DNA of 64,000 nucleotides from Stigmatella aurantiaca DW4/3-1 (GTDB lineage Bacteria; Myxococcota; Myxococcia; Myxococcales; Myxococcaceae), in NCBI RefSeq assembly GCF_000165485.1, contig NC_014623.1, forward strand, positions 4,914,893 to 4,978,892, given 5' to 3'. The notes under the pieces are model-generated. The model was given only the letters and a program-made list of their open reading frames with translations, made no database searches and was not told the DNA's origin. This document shows positions 36,201-44,305 of the stretch, one piece after another. A program made the translations under genes and the position numbers. Each line of letters starts with the position of its first letter. Position 1 is the stretch's first letter.

Positions 36201-38748
36201 CGATGCGGCCGCCATCTTGGAGAAGCTGCTCCACTTGCATCAGGGCGCGGGCTTGCTGCGCTTCGCCCCCACGCCGAGGGCCTGGGCGCTGCTCTACTGG
36301 GTGTTCGACACGGATGAGGCGGGGCGCGCGGTGATTCACCGCCGGGCACGCAGCCTGACCCGGCTGCGCTCGGTTTTCGCCAGCGGCACGGAGCTGGTGG
36401 CACTCGGGGACGAGCTGGGCGAGCGCGTGGGCACCTTCCTCACGGCGCACCGGATTGCCCACTCGCCGGCGGAAGCCCGCCAGGCGGGGCGCTACCTGGT
36501 GGAGGAGCTGAGCGTGGAGCGCCCGCGCTTCACGACCAGCGCCGAAGCGGTGGCCGTCAAAGAGGCGTTCGTGGGTCAGCTCGACCGGCAAGGCAACCGG
36601 TCCGCGTTCGACGACGATCTGCGCGGCCTGGAGAAGAATCTCCCGGAGCGGCTGCGGATTGCCCGGGCGTGGATGGATGGCTATCTGGCCCAGCGCGAGG
36701 GCGGTGCTGGCTCCGCGGCCCACGTGGCCGTGGAGGCGGCGGTGTTGCTGCTCACCGAGCGCAAGGCCGACCGTCACGAGGCCGGGGCACTCACCTCGCT
36801 GGAGGTGACGGAGTTGCTCGGGCAGCACCCCCGCGTCACGGACCGGAAGCTGTCCCTGCGGCTGGATGAGTTCCTGGCGCGGCTGGGCGAGTTCCGGCAG
36901 CTCCGGGTACCGGCGTACCACGAGTACCGGGCCATCCTGAGGGACTTGCTGGAGCGCGAGCGCCGCAAGCTGCGCCTGGAAGAGCTGAGCCCCAAGGTGC
37001 TCACGTCCTTCGTGCGCAACCGGCTCATCGACGAGGTGTACCTGCCGCTCATTGGCGCCAACCTGGCCAAGCAGCTGGGGGCTGCGGGGGAGAACAAGCG
37101 CACGGACCGCATGGGCATGTTGCTGCTCATGTCTCCGCCGGGTTACGGCAAGACGACGTTGATGGAGTACGTGGCGAGCCGGTTGGGGCTGACCTTCGTG
37201 AAGGTCAACGGCCCGGCGCTGGGCCACGCGGTGAAGTCGCTGGATCCGGCGGAGGCGCCCAATGCCACCGCGCGGCAGGAAGTGGAGCGCATCAACCTGT
37301 CCTTCGAGATGGGCAACAACGTGATGCTCTACCTCGACGACATCCAGCACACGGACCCGGAGTTGCTCCAGAAGTTCATCTCCCTGTGCGACGGCCAGCG
37401 CCGGATCGAAGGCGTGTGGAACGGGCGCACGCGCACGTACGACTTGCGCGGCAAGAAGTTCTGCGTGGTCATGGCGGGCAACCCGTACACGGAGACAGGA
37501 GAGCGCTTCCGGATTCCGGACATGCTCGCCAACCGCGCGGACACCTACAACCTGGGCGAGATCCTCGACGGCAAGGAGGAGCTGTTCGCGCTCAGCTACA
37601 TCGAGAACGGGCTCACCTCGAACCCGGCGCTGGCGCCCCTGGCGACGCGGGAGCCGGCGGACATCCACAAGTTCATCCGGATGGCCAAGGGCGAGGAGGT
37701 GCCCGCGGGCGAGCTGTCCTACGGTTATGCGGCGGCGGAGCTGCAAGAGATCGTCGCGGTGCTTCAGCGGCTGTTCAGCGTGCAGAAGGTGCTGCTGAAG
37801 GTGAACTTGCAGTACATCGCCTCGGCGGCCCAGGACGAGCGGTTCCGGACGGAGCCGGCGTTCAAGCTGCAAGGCAGCTACCGCAACATGAACAAGCTCG
37901 CCGAGAAGGTCGTGGCGGCGATGACGGAGGGGGAGCTGGAGCGGCTCATCGACGACCACTACCAAGGGGAGTCGCAGACGCTCACCACGGCGGCCGAGCA
38001 GAACCTGCTCAAGCTCCAGGAGATGCGCGGGCGGCTCACCCCGGAAAAGGCGAAGCGCTGGGAGGAGATCAAGCAGGGCTTCGCCCGCGTCAAGCGCATG
38101 GGGGGCAAGGAAGACGATCCGGTCGCGCGGGTCACCGGCCAGCTCAGCGCCATCGAGGAACAGCTCGGGGCGGTGGGGCAGGCCGTGTCGCAGGCGGCGG
38201 AGACGGTGCGCCAAGGACAGCAAGAGCGGAAGCCGGGGGTGGATCCGGTGTCCGCCGTCATGCCGCGCCTGGAGGCGCTGCGCGAGGCCGTGCTGGAGGT
38301 GGCCCAGGTGGCGCGCGAGGCGAGGGAGACGCCTGCTCCAGCGCCCGTGGTGCAGGTGCCGCCAGGCCCTGATCTGACGCCCTACCTCCAGCAACTGGCG
38401 AAGGTCCTGAGGGCGCTGGCCGAGCGTTCGCTTCAGCCCGCGGCGCCCGCGGCGGGGGGCGCCCCTGCGACGGACCTGAGCCCCTTCATGGAGCAGCTCA
38501 CGAGGGCCGTCACCGCCATGGCGGAGCGTCCCGTGGCGGCCGCTCCGGCCCTGGTGCGGGCGGCCTCGGCGCCGCTGCCGGTGGATCTCCCCCGGCAGAT
38601 CTCCCTCATCCAGACCGCCCTGGAGCCTTTGGAGCGGGCGGCGAAGCGCAGCCTCCAGCTCGGCTCCGAGGACGTCAAGGCGATGCAGGTCTGGCAGGCG
38701 GTCACCGAGGCGCTGGAGTTGGTGCAGGCCATCAGTCAGCCCCGCTGA
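33247..38748 (+). CDS. Giant (1833 aa) uncharacterized protein with a single classic AAA+ ATPase module and extensive coiled-coils
   Basis: N-terminal ~450-aa beta-rich region. Long heptad/coiled-coil segments. AAA+ core near aa 1290-1450: Walker A 'LLLMSPPGYGKTTLMEY', Walker B 'NVMLYLDDIQH', sensor-1 'FCVVMAGNPY', Arg-rich box. C-terminal helical region with an A/P-rich tail. Confidence 0.8.
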   Translation: MATDGVKPQGAAPTGEATLEGGSYEVIRARLLSQAEALGTRASELNTRRKSLFGGTELSVIGNERVRTDNNCVPRDIVSVGKYLLFGYNVFLGLKKETVVADVFSLHKFEKTAEGFDFSAVPPTEAGGFLADPRFTKDFGELYKYYKDAKLTQLRRTDSRLLAVFQTGQTLRDIKVFRFSVDVEGRATYIDNQGERDHVFPPSHDFEWTVATRENYVLGTHPHVNVLDQVFVETVKGDLTVKVENNSSTGLGIYSEPVEDADQSLDDAEIAYAKVGGLILLRVLPFREKAHRYLVFNTRTQHVLRIDAIGQACVRLPEDQGIIFPGGFYLQTGDYKVFEGASAGMEFKQSIRSPNGEDVLYIFYRRDEGSYVLFPYNLVRKEVQNPLLAHGFSLFGDGGLVVFRAATSEPTRVHPMQVWQTPFVSAEHAAATPPVPGYLGKVGNAELVRGISDALSLQRVSRTEKPTRRTYEDIIAAVTRALDAYYWLGHAEVKLQEPMEALRRTSESIIDEFEKVQALQKRATEALAEADAKQASLLMKVRPEELSNAEAYMQALTELRHQRGHLITLREIRYMDLTRVEALEKQVIEESDRVSAGCVEFFQKGEALQPIGERLDVLLGKLEPVQTTMELAPLAEDIEKVGKGLEVLGEVVGGLQVGDPLARAKILEGISELFSRLNRVRAGLQARRKELVGREKRAEFGAQFKLLGQNIESGLSGADSPEKCDEAMSRLTVQLEELEGRFGEFDEFLEPITQKREELLEAFGAKKQALLDERQRRAQNLFSAAERILVGVQRRAKSFKTDDELNTYFASDSMIQKLRQLAEQLMELQDSVRSDEVLSRVKTARQDALRALRDRQDLFEDGQAVIKFGKYRFNVNTQTLELTLVPRDGALFLQLTGTDYSVRLEDPALEKYKALWEQHLVSETREVYRAEYLAACLLADAEEGRGGQSLTALHEAVTSGTLLERVRTYSAEKYEEGYERGIHDADAAAILEKLLHLHQGAGLLRFAPTPRAWALLYWVFDTDEAGRAVIHRRARSLTRLRSVFASGTELVALGDELGERVGTFLTAHRIAHSPAEARQAGRYLVEELSVERPRFTTSAEAVAVKEAFVGQLDRQGNRSAFDDDLRGLEKNLPERLRIARAWMDGYLAQREGGAGSAAHVAVEAAVLLLTERKADRHEAGALTSLEVTELLGQHPRVTDRKLSLRLDEFLARLGEFRQLRVPAYHEYRAILRDLLERERRKLRLEELSPKVLTSFVRNRLIDEVYLPLIGANLAKQLGAAGENKRTDRMGMLLLMSPPGYGKTTLMEYVASRLGLTFVKVNGPALGHAVKSLDPAEAPNATARQEVERINLSFEMGNNVMLYLDDIQHTDPELLQKFISLCDGQRRIEGVWNGRTRTYDLRGKKFCVVMAGNPYTETGERFRIPDMLANRADTYNLGEILDGKEELFALSYIENGLTSNPALAPLATREPADIHKFIRMAKGEEVPAGELSYGYAAAELQEIVAVLQRLFSVQKVLLKVNLQYIASAAQDERFRTEPAFKLQGSYRNMNKLAEKVVAAMTEGELERLIDDHYQGESQTLTTAAEQNLLKLQEMRGRLTPEKAKRWEEIKQGFARVKRMGGKEDDPVARVTGQLSAIEEQLGAVGQAVSQAAETVRQGQQERKPGVDPVSAVMPRLEALREAVLEVAQVAREARETPAPAPVVQVPPGPDLTPYLQQLAKVLRALAERSLQPAAPAAGGAPATDLSPFMEQLTRAVTAMAERPVAAAPALVRAASAPLPVDLPRQISLIQTALEPLERAAKRSLQLGSEDVKAMQVWQAVTEALELVQAISQPR

Positions 38749-38869
38749 CGGTTGACTGGAAGAGGTCGGCTGCGTGGGCAGCAGCCGGCCAAACGAGGTG
38801 CCTCTCTTCTGCCCTACGCCTGGCTGCCCCCGTTCCTACCTTCACTGGTCAGGACAACGGAGGGCGATC

Positions 38870-39736
38870 ATGAGCGACATCGACACCCAGGCGGCCGCAC
38901 AGGCCAGCGGTCCCCAATCCCAGGAAGCCTCGCCACCGCAGGTGCAGCGGCCCAGCAAGGCTCCTCCCCCCATGCAAGCCGACCAGCGCCCGCCCATCGA
39001 GCGAGGCGCGCACCTGCTCGCCCTGAGCGCGCTCAAGAACGCGGAGATCCCTTTCGTGGTCGCGGGGGCCTACGCGCTGCACCTCTACACGGGCATCTAC
39101 CGGGACACCAAGGACCTGGACATCTTCCTCAAGCGGGAACATGTCGAGCGCGCCATGGAAGCCCTGTCGGGCATGTCCTTCCAGACGAAGATGCATGATC
39201 CGGTGTGGATCGCGAAGGCTTACGCCAACGACGATTACTTCGCCGACCTCATCTTCAGCTCGGGCAACGGCGTGGCGGTGGTGGATGACCTGTGGATCGA
39301 CCGGGCCCACCCGGGCGTCGTTCACGGTCTGCCCATCCTGGTGGCGCCGCCCGAGGACATCATCTGGTCCAAGTCCTTCGTGTGCGAGCGCGAGCGCTTC
39401 GATGGCACGGACATCAACCACCTCATCCTCGCCCGCGGCAAACAGATGGACTGGAAGCACCTGATGATGCGGTTCGATCCGCACTGGGAGGTGCTCCTGG
39501 CGCATTTGACCTTCTACCGGTTCGCCTACCCAGGCCAGCGCGACCACGTGCCCCAGTGGGTCTGGAACGAGCTGCTCGAACGGGCACGCAAGCAGGAGAA
39601 CGAGCCCGAGAAGAAGAAGCTGTGCCGGGGAATGATCATCGCTCAGGGCCAATACCGGGTGGACGTCGAGCACTGGGGCTATGCCGACGCCCGAATGGAA
39701 GAGGTCCCCACCTTTCGCGACTACAGGAAGGGTTGA
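38870..39736 (+). CDS. Nucleotidyltransferase-fold (Pol-beta-like minimal NTase) protein, unknown function
   Basis: 'FVVAGAYALHLYTGIYRDTKDLDIFL' gives hG[GS]...DxD. A third acidic cluster 'VAVVDDLWID' is present. N-terminal S/P/Q-rich low-complexity tail. Start at internal ATG (MSDIDTQ) with a GGAGGG SD. Confidence 0.55.
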   Translation: MSDIDTQAAAQASGPQSQEASPPQVQRPSKAPPPMQADQRPPIERGAHLLALSALKNAEIPFVVAGAYALHLYTGIYRDTKDLDIFLKREHVERAMEALSGMSFQTKMHDPVWIAKAYANDDYFADLIFSSGNGVAVVDDLWIDRAHPGVVHGLPILVAPPEDIIWSKSFVCERERFDGTDINHLILARGKQMDWKHLMMRFDPHWEVLLAHLTFYRFAYPGQRDHVPQWVWNELLERARKQENEPEKKKLCRGMIIAQGQYRVDVEHWGYADARMEEVPTFRDYRKG

Positions 39737-39823
39737 GGACGGGGCCGTCACATCGTGAAGACCGGCCCTCTGTCCTCGTGCGCGCGGAGCCTGCGCGCCA
39801 CAACCCTGAGATGAGGAATCTCC

Positions 39824-40252
39824 ATGGATCAAGTGACTGCAGAGCCGGCGGTTTCACCTGCCCCCCGAAGCCTCGTGGCCAATACGTTTTCGCTTCGGAA
39901 CCGGCGAATTTCCGTCACCTTCTCGGCGACGAGCATCACGGGCGCTCCCTTGCTGCACTACCAGGATCGCCAGCGTGAAGTGAACGCGCGCGGGGAAGAC
40001 ATCCGCCAAGTGGTGACGGAGATCGGAACGGTGGTGAGCATCACGCTGGAGCCGGACGCGGACGCGGGCTCGCTCATCTTCTCCGTGCTGATTCCGCGCG
40101 TCAGCCTCACGGCGACCGGCAGCACGCAAGCCGTCTCGACCGTGGGGTTCCTCACGCGCAGCCGCTTGCCCCCCCGCCTTCCGGTCAACGTCCAGCTTCA
40201 GACGTACGAGCAGGAGACGCTGAATGGCAGCGCCACCTTCGTGGTGTCCTGA
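39824..40252 (+). CDS. Small beta-rich hypothetical protein (142 aa)
   Basis: Compact ORF in a sensible frame, co-directional with the two upstream genes (87-nt gap). No recognisable motif. Confidence 0.4.
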   Translation: MDQVTAEPAVSPAPRSLVANTFSLRNRRISVTFSATSITGAPLLHYQDRQREVNARGEDIRQVVTEIGTVVSITLEPDADAGSLIFSVLIPRVSLTATGSTQAVSTVGFLTRSRLPPRLPVNVQLQTYEQETLNGSATFVVS

Positions 40253-40294
40253 GCCCTGAAGCGCCAGGCGATGGGCCAGAGGCGCCTGCCCGGC

Positions 40295-41353
40295 TCAGAA
40301 AAGCACGAACAAACCAGGGCCGGCCGCGAGAGATCCGTTGTCGCGGCCGGCCGCCATCACCACCGGAACGGGCATGGCTTGGAAGCTCGCACGGCGGAGG
40401 TTGTCTCTTTCGACGGGGACACCCGGATCCGAGGTCAGCAGCAGGGTAAGCCCGAAAGTGGCGACGATGCCTGCCAGCGCGGTGACGGGGACGGTGGTGC
40501 CATCGGCGAGTGAGGAGCCGAGCCAGAGCATCGCCGAGCCCACCCCCAACGGCAGGAGGGTGAGCTGGAACACCCGGGAGGGCTCCAATTCCAGCGGCAG
40601 GGTCAGCAGTCCGCCGAGGGCCATCCCAAAGGCGGGCGCCAACGCCGTGGGCAGGTAGCTGATGTCCCCCGGACTCTGCCGGTCATGAATGTTCTGGACC
40701 AGGGCGGTCAGCGTGAGGGCGTAGAGGGACGTCATCCCCACCAGGGCTGTGTCACCTGAACTCACGTCTCCGCCTCCGGTTGTGGCGGCGAGCACGCTGA
40801 TGACCCCTGCCTGGGTCGTGACCAGGCTCAGCAGTCCCCGGTCCTTGCTGGACAGATCCTCGGAGTTGGCGATGGCGATTCCCGCGGCAAACCCGGTGAT
40901 GGCCCCGCCCGCGATGAGAAACGACTCGTTGCGCTCCACGGGAACGAAGTACTGGTAGAGCGTCCCGGCGGTGCCAAGCGTGAGGCCTCCCAGCATCGCC
41001 GTGGTGAAGGATTTCGTGTCCTTTTCATCGCTGCTGTCATCGTTATCGGTGGCTCCGATCATGGAGCCACTGACGATGCCGCTGATGACCTCGGTGAAGG
41101 CCAGCATGAGTCCCCCGGGCCCCGCGGAGTAGCGGCTGTAGCGCACCGTGCGAGCTCCTGAAGACTCCGCCGGGCCCACGGCAGGAGGCGCGGGCTGCAC
41201 CAACGGGGGCGCGGAGGGCGGGGGCAGGGGCTCCTCTGGCGCGGACGTGGTGGCGGAGGGAGGGGGAGGTGGGGAGATGGCCGTGGGGGTGTCAGGTTGT
41301 TGCGCCCCAGCCAGGGCCGAGACGAGAAAGGAGAAAAGGGCGATCGATTTCAT
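40295..41353 (-). CDS. Secreted/membrane protein with Pro-rich linker and Gly-zipper hydrophobic segments
   Basis: Signal peptide 'MKSIALFSFLVSALAGAQQ'. 'PPPPPSATTSAPEEPLPPPSAPPLVQPAPP' linker, then several GxxxG-rich membrane-like segments. Ends '...GLFVLF'. Confidence 0.5.
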   Translation of the reverse strand: MKSIALFSFLVSALAGAQQPDTPTAISPPPPPSATTSAPEEPLPPPSAPPLVQPAPPAVGPAESSGARTVRYSRYSAGPGGLMLAFTEVISGIVSGSMIGATDNDDSSDEKDTKSFTTAMLGGLTLGTAGTLYQYFVPVERNESFLIAGGAITGFAAGIAIANSEDLSSKDRGLLSLVTTQAGVISVLAATTGGGDVSSGDTALVGMTSLYALTLTALVQNIHDRQSPGDISYLPTALAPAFGMALGGLLTLPLELEPSRVFQLTLLPLGVGSAMLWLGSSLADGTTVPVTALAGIVATFGLTLLLTSDPGVPVERDNLRRASFQAMPVPVVMAAGRDNGSLAAGPGLFVLF

Positions 41354-41483
41354 GTGGAGAGTTCTCTTCTGCGATTGCGGGGGGGCCCCCAGATTGCCGA
41401 GGATGCTCCACATGGAGTGGGGAATCCTGGCGCATCGTGCTCCCAGTAGGGCCAGGACAACAAGCCGGTCACCAGGAGGAATC

Positions 41484-41957
41484 GTGCCCATCACATTGGA
41501 GCAGTTGCTGGCGGAGGAGGCCGAGTTGCAGTTTGACCGGCTGAGTCATGAAGAGGTGCTCACGCTGGGGGTGACCTTGCTCGAGAAGGCGCAGCGGGAG
41601 CGGATGCCCGTGATGCTGGATGTGACGCTCGGCGGGCTCACCATTCTGCACTGCGCCCTGCCGGGCAGCAGCCCCGACAACGAAGACTGGGTGCGTCGCA
41701 AGAAGAACACCGTGAACCGCTTCTGGCACAGCTCGCTCTACATGGGCCGCTACTACGCCTCGAAGGGAACGAGCCTGACGGACAAGCCGCACATCGACCC
41801 AGCCGAGTTCGTGGACCATGGGGGCAGCTTCCCCTTGTTGCTCCGGGGCCTGGGGTGTGTCGGCAGCATCACCGTCTCCGGGCTGGCCCAGGAGGAGGAC
41901 CATGCGCTGGTGGTGGGCGTGCTGCGCGAGTGGTTGGCGAACCGCCGGGCGGCGTGA
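41484..41957 (+). CDS. UPF0303 / GlcG-HbpS-like (DUF336, heme-degrading-type) domain protein
   Basis: GTG start preceded by AGGAGG. '...LEQLLAEEAELQFDRLSHEEVLTLGVTLLEKAQRERMPVMLDVTLGGLTILHCALPGSS...' fits the ~160-aa UPF0303/GlcG family. Confidence 0.65.
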   Translation: MPITLEQLLAEEAELQFDRLSHEEVLTLGVTLLEKAQRERMPVMLDVTLGGLTILHCALPGSSPDNEDWVRRKKNTVNRFWHSSLYMGRYYASKGTSLTDKPHIDPAEFVDHGGSFPLLLRGLGCVGSITVSGLAQEEDHALVVGVLREWLANRRAA

Positions 41958-41975
41958 GGCAGGAGGACGCAGCCC

Positions 41976-43076
41976 TCAGGAGGGCGCGGCGGCGGGAGGG
42001 GTCTGTTTCACGGGCAGGATGATGCGGAAGGTGGTGCCCGAGCCCCGCTCACTGCGCACTTCGATGCGGCCGTGGTGCTTGGCGATGATGCTGTAGGAGA
42101 GCGAGAGCCCGAGCCCCGTTCCCTTGCCCACCGGCTTGGTGGTGAAGAAGGGATCGAAGATGCGCTTCAAGTGCTCGGGGGCAATCCCCTCGCCGTTGTC
42201 GGAGATCTCCACGAACACGCTCGCCCCTGTCTCCAGGCCGGTGCGCAAGGTGAGCAGTCCCCGCTTGCCCTTGATGGACTGGGCGGCGTTGACGAGCATG
42301 TTCAGGAACACCTGGTTGACCTGCGACGGCAGGCACTCCACTTCAGGAAGCTCGCCATACTGCTTGATGACATCCGCCACGTGCCGGACCTCGTTGTGCA
42401 CGATGTTGAGCGTGCTATCGAGCCCCTTGTGCAGATCCGAGCACTGCCACTGGGCGTCATCCACGTGTGAGAAGTCCGTTAGATCCCGGATGATCTGACG
42501 CACCCTGCGGAGGCCCTCCAGGGACTCGTTGAGCAGTGGCATCGCGTCGCCGCGAACATAGGCGAGCTCCACCTCGTCCTTGAGGGAGGCGAGGCGCTGG
42601 CGGGCGGTCCCGCCGAGCGCTGCTTCTTCCGCCTCGAAGGCGGCGATGAGCTTCACCAGACCGGTCACGTAGCCACGCAGGGTGTCGATGTTGCTGCTCA
42701 CGAACCCGATGGGGTTGTTGATCTCGTGGGCCAGGCCCGCGGCAATCTGGCCAATCGACGCCATCTTCTCCGACTGGAGGAGCTGGCTGTGGGTGTCCTC
42801 GAGCTTCTGGATCAGCGCCGCCTGTTCCTCCTTCTCCGCGCGCAGGGCCTGCTCGACACGCTGCTTATCGGCCAGCTCGATGCGAAGCTGATCATTGCGC
42901 GCCGTCAGTTCCTGAGACATCAGCTCGAGGGAGCGTTCAATCAGGAGCCGATCTTCATCCGCCGCTTGATAGGCCTCATTCACTGCCATCAGGAAAGCGT
43001 CCAGACCCGCGGGCAGCCGGTCCGGTCCGCCAAAGCAACGCCGAAGCTGTCTTTCGAGCAGCTTGTGGTAGCTCAC
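41976..43076 (-). CDS. Sensor histidine kinase (HisKA + HATPase_c), no transmembrane region
   Basis: H-box 'AAGLAHEINNPIGFV'; N-box/G-boxes '...NLLVNAAQSI...EISDNGEGI...GTGLGLSLS'. N-terminal coiled-coil. GTG start overlaps the FIST gene stop (GTGA). Confidence 0.85.
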   Translation of the reverse strand: MSYHKLLERQLRRCFGGPDRLPAGLDAFLMAVNEAYQAADEDRLLIERSLELMSQELTARNDQLRIELADKQRVEQALRAEKEEQAALIQKLEDTHSQLLQSEKMASIGQIAAGLAHEINNPIGFVSSNIDTLRGYVTGLVKLIAAFEAEEAALGGTARQRLASLKDEVELAYVRGDAMPLLNESLEGLRRVRQIIRDLTDFSHVDDAQWQCSDLHKGLDSTLNIVHNEVRHVADVIKQYGELPEVECLPSQVNQVFLNMLVNAAQSIKGKRGLLTLRTGLETGASVFVEISDNGEGIAPEHLKRIFDPFFTTKPVGKGTGLGLSLSYSIIAKHHGRIEVRSERGSGTTFRIILPVKQTPPAAAPS

Positions 43077-44212
43077 GATTCTGAGAAAGCCGTGATGGTC
43101 ATGGTTTGGTTGTGGAGTTCGCACCGGGGGACATCGCCGTTGGGACAAATCTCCCCATAGGAATAGAACCCGGTCAAGGCAGGGCTCGGCCCGAGGACGT
43201 CGCGCACGCCTTCGACTTCTTCCTCCACGCGCTGCTTGAGCACCAGCTTGCGGCCCACGCAGCTGATGAGCACCGCCAGTTCCGGCTGGAAGTTGCCCAG
43301 CCGTTCGAGGCCCGCGCGCGCCGCGTCCGCGGCCCCATCGATGAGCCTGTCGAAGTTGGCCTTCATCAGGCGGGCATAAGCCCCCTCGGGTATGTCGCCC
43401 GCGAAGGTCATGCTCTGGGCCTGTTCGTCAATGCCAAGCACGGTGCGAACCAGACCGCAGCCTTCCTGTTCGCCGCGGAGGGAGAGGGGAAAGCGCAGCG
43501 CGGTGGCGGGAAGGCCGGCTGCATGCTCGCCCAGATATTGCTTGTACAGCGCCAACGCCGAGTGGCCGTCGAGCTCGTAGAGGACGTTGCTCCGAGCGCG
43601 GGTGATGAGGCGCTCCGGACCGAAGGCGTCCCAGCCGCCGAGCGACCCATAGCCAATGCGCAGCCGCTCACCGTAGAAGCCCACGGCGGCGATCCCGCCT
43701 TCCACGGGCTCGCGGTTGCAACAGACGACGGTCCTCGAGAAATCCGGGCCGTCGCCAGCGAGCCCTCCTGTGAGCGCCACGTGGCTGGGCAGGTGCTCGC
43801 GCAGGCCTCGCACCAGTTCGGTGCCGTTCACCTTCAGCCCGTCGGACAGAACCAGGACATGGGAGAGCCCAGGCTGGTGGAGCCGCCGGGCCAGGGATGC
43901 CCCCGCCGCATGGCTCTGCTCTGGGGCCGCCAGATGGGCCTGGGCCAGGTGGACCCGGGTGTGCTCGAACCCCACGGCCGTGGCCACCACGGAATGATCG
44001 TGAACTTCGGTGCCGCAAATCTCACCCGCAGTGGAACACCCCACGATGAGGGCTTCTGGGGACTCGGCGCGAACCTGCCGGAAGATCGCGGGGTCTTGGA
44101 GATGTGCTCTGGCGCCAAACAGCAACACCAGGTGTGCCCCCGTGCCGGGCCCCCGCTGGGCCGTGTCCTGCCACCCGTTCGCCTCGGTCCATACCCTCTG
44201 TGCCACCTTCAT
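43073..44212 (-). CDS. FIST-domain sensor protein (FIST_N + FIST_C)
   Basis: About 380 aa with the characteristic FIST pattern (..LVLLFGARAH.. / ..ALIVGCSTAGEI.. / ..GFYSYGEICP..). Directly upstream of, and coupled to, the HK. Confidence 0.8.
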   Translation of the reverse strand: MKVAQRVWTEANGWQDTAQRGPGTGAHLVLLFGARAHLQDPAIFRQVRAESPEALIVGCSTAGEICGTEVHDHSVVATAVGFEHTRVHLAQAHLAAPEQSHAAGASLARRLHQPGLSHVLVLSDGLKVNGTELVRGLREHLPSHVALTGGLAGDGPDFSRTVVCCNREPVEGGIAAVGFYGERLRIGYGSLGGWDAFGPERLITRARSNVLYELDGHSALALYKQYLGEHAAGLPATALRFPLSLRGEQEGCGLVRTVLGIDEQAQSMTFAGDIPEGAYARLMKANFDRLIDGAADAARAGLERLGNFQPELAVLISCVGRKLVLKQRVEEEVEGVRDVLGPSPALTGFYSYGEICPNGDVPRCELHNQTMTITAFSES

Positions 44213-44305
44213 GGGGGTCCCCCTGGGGCCAATCATACCTCTCACGTGAATCCGTCGTCGCTGGCGCTTCTATGGCATGGTGCGTTCTCAAAAGGAGTGG
44301 GTGGG

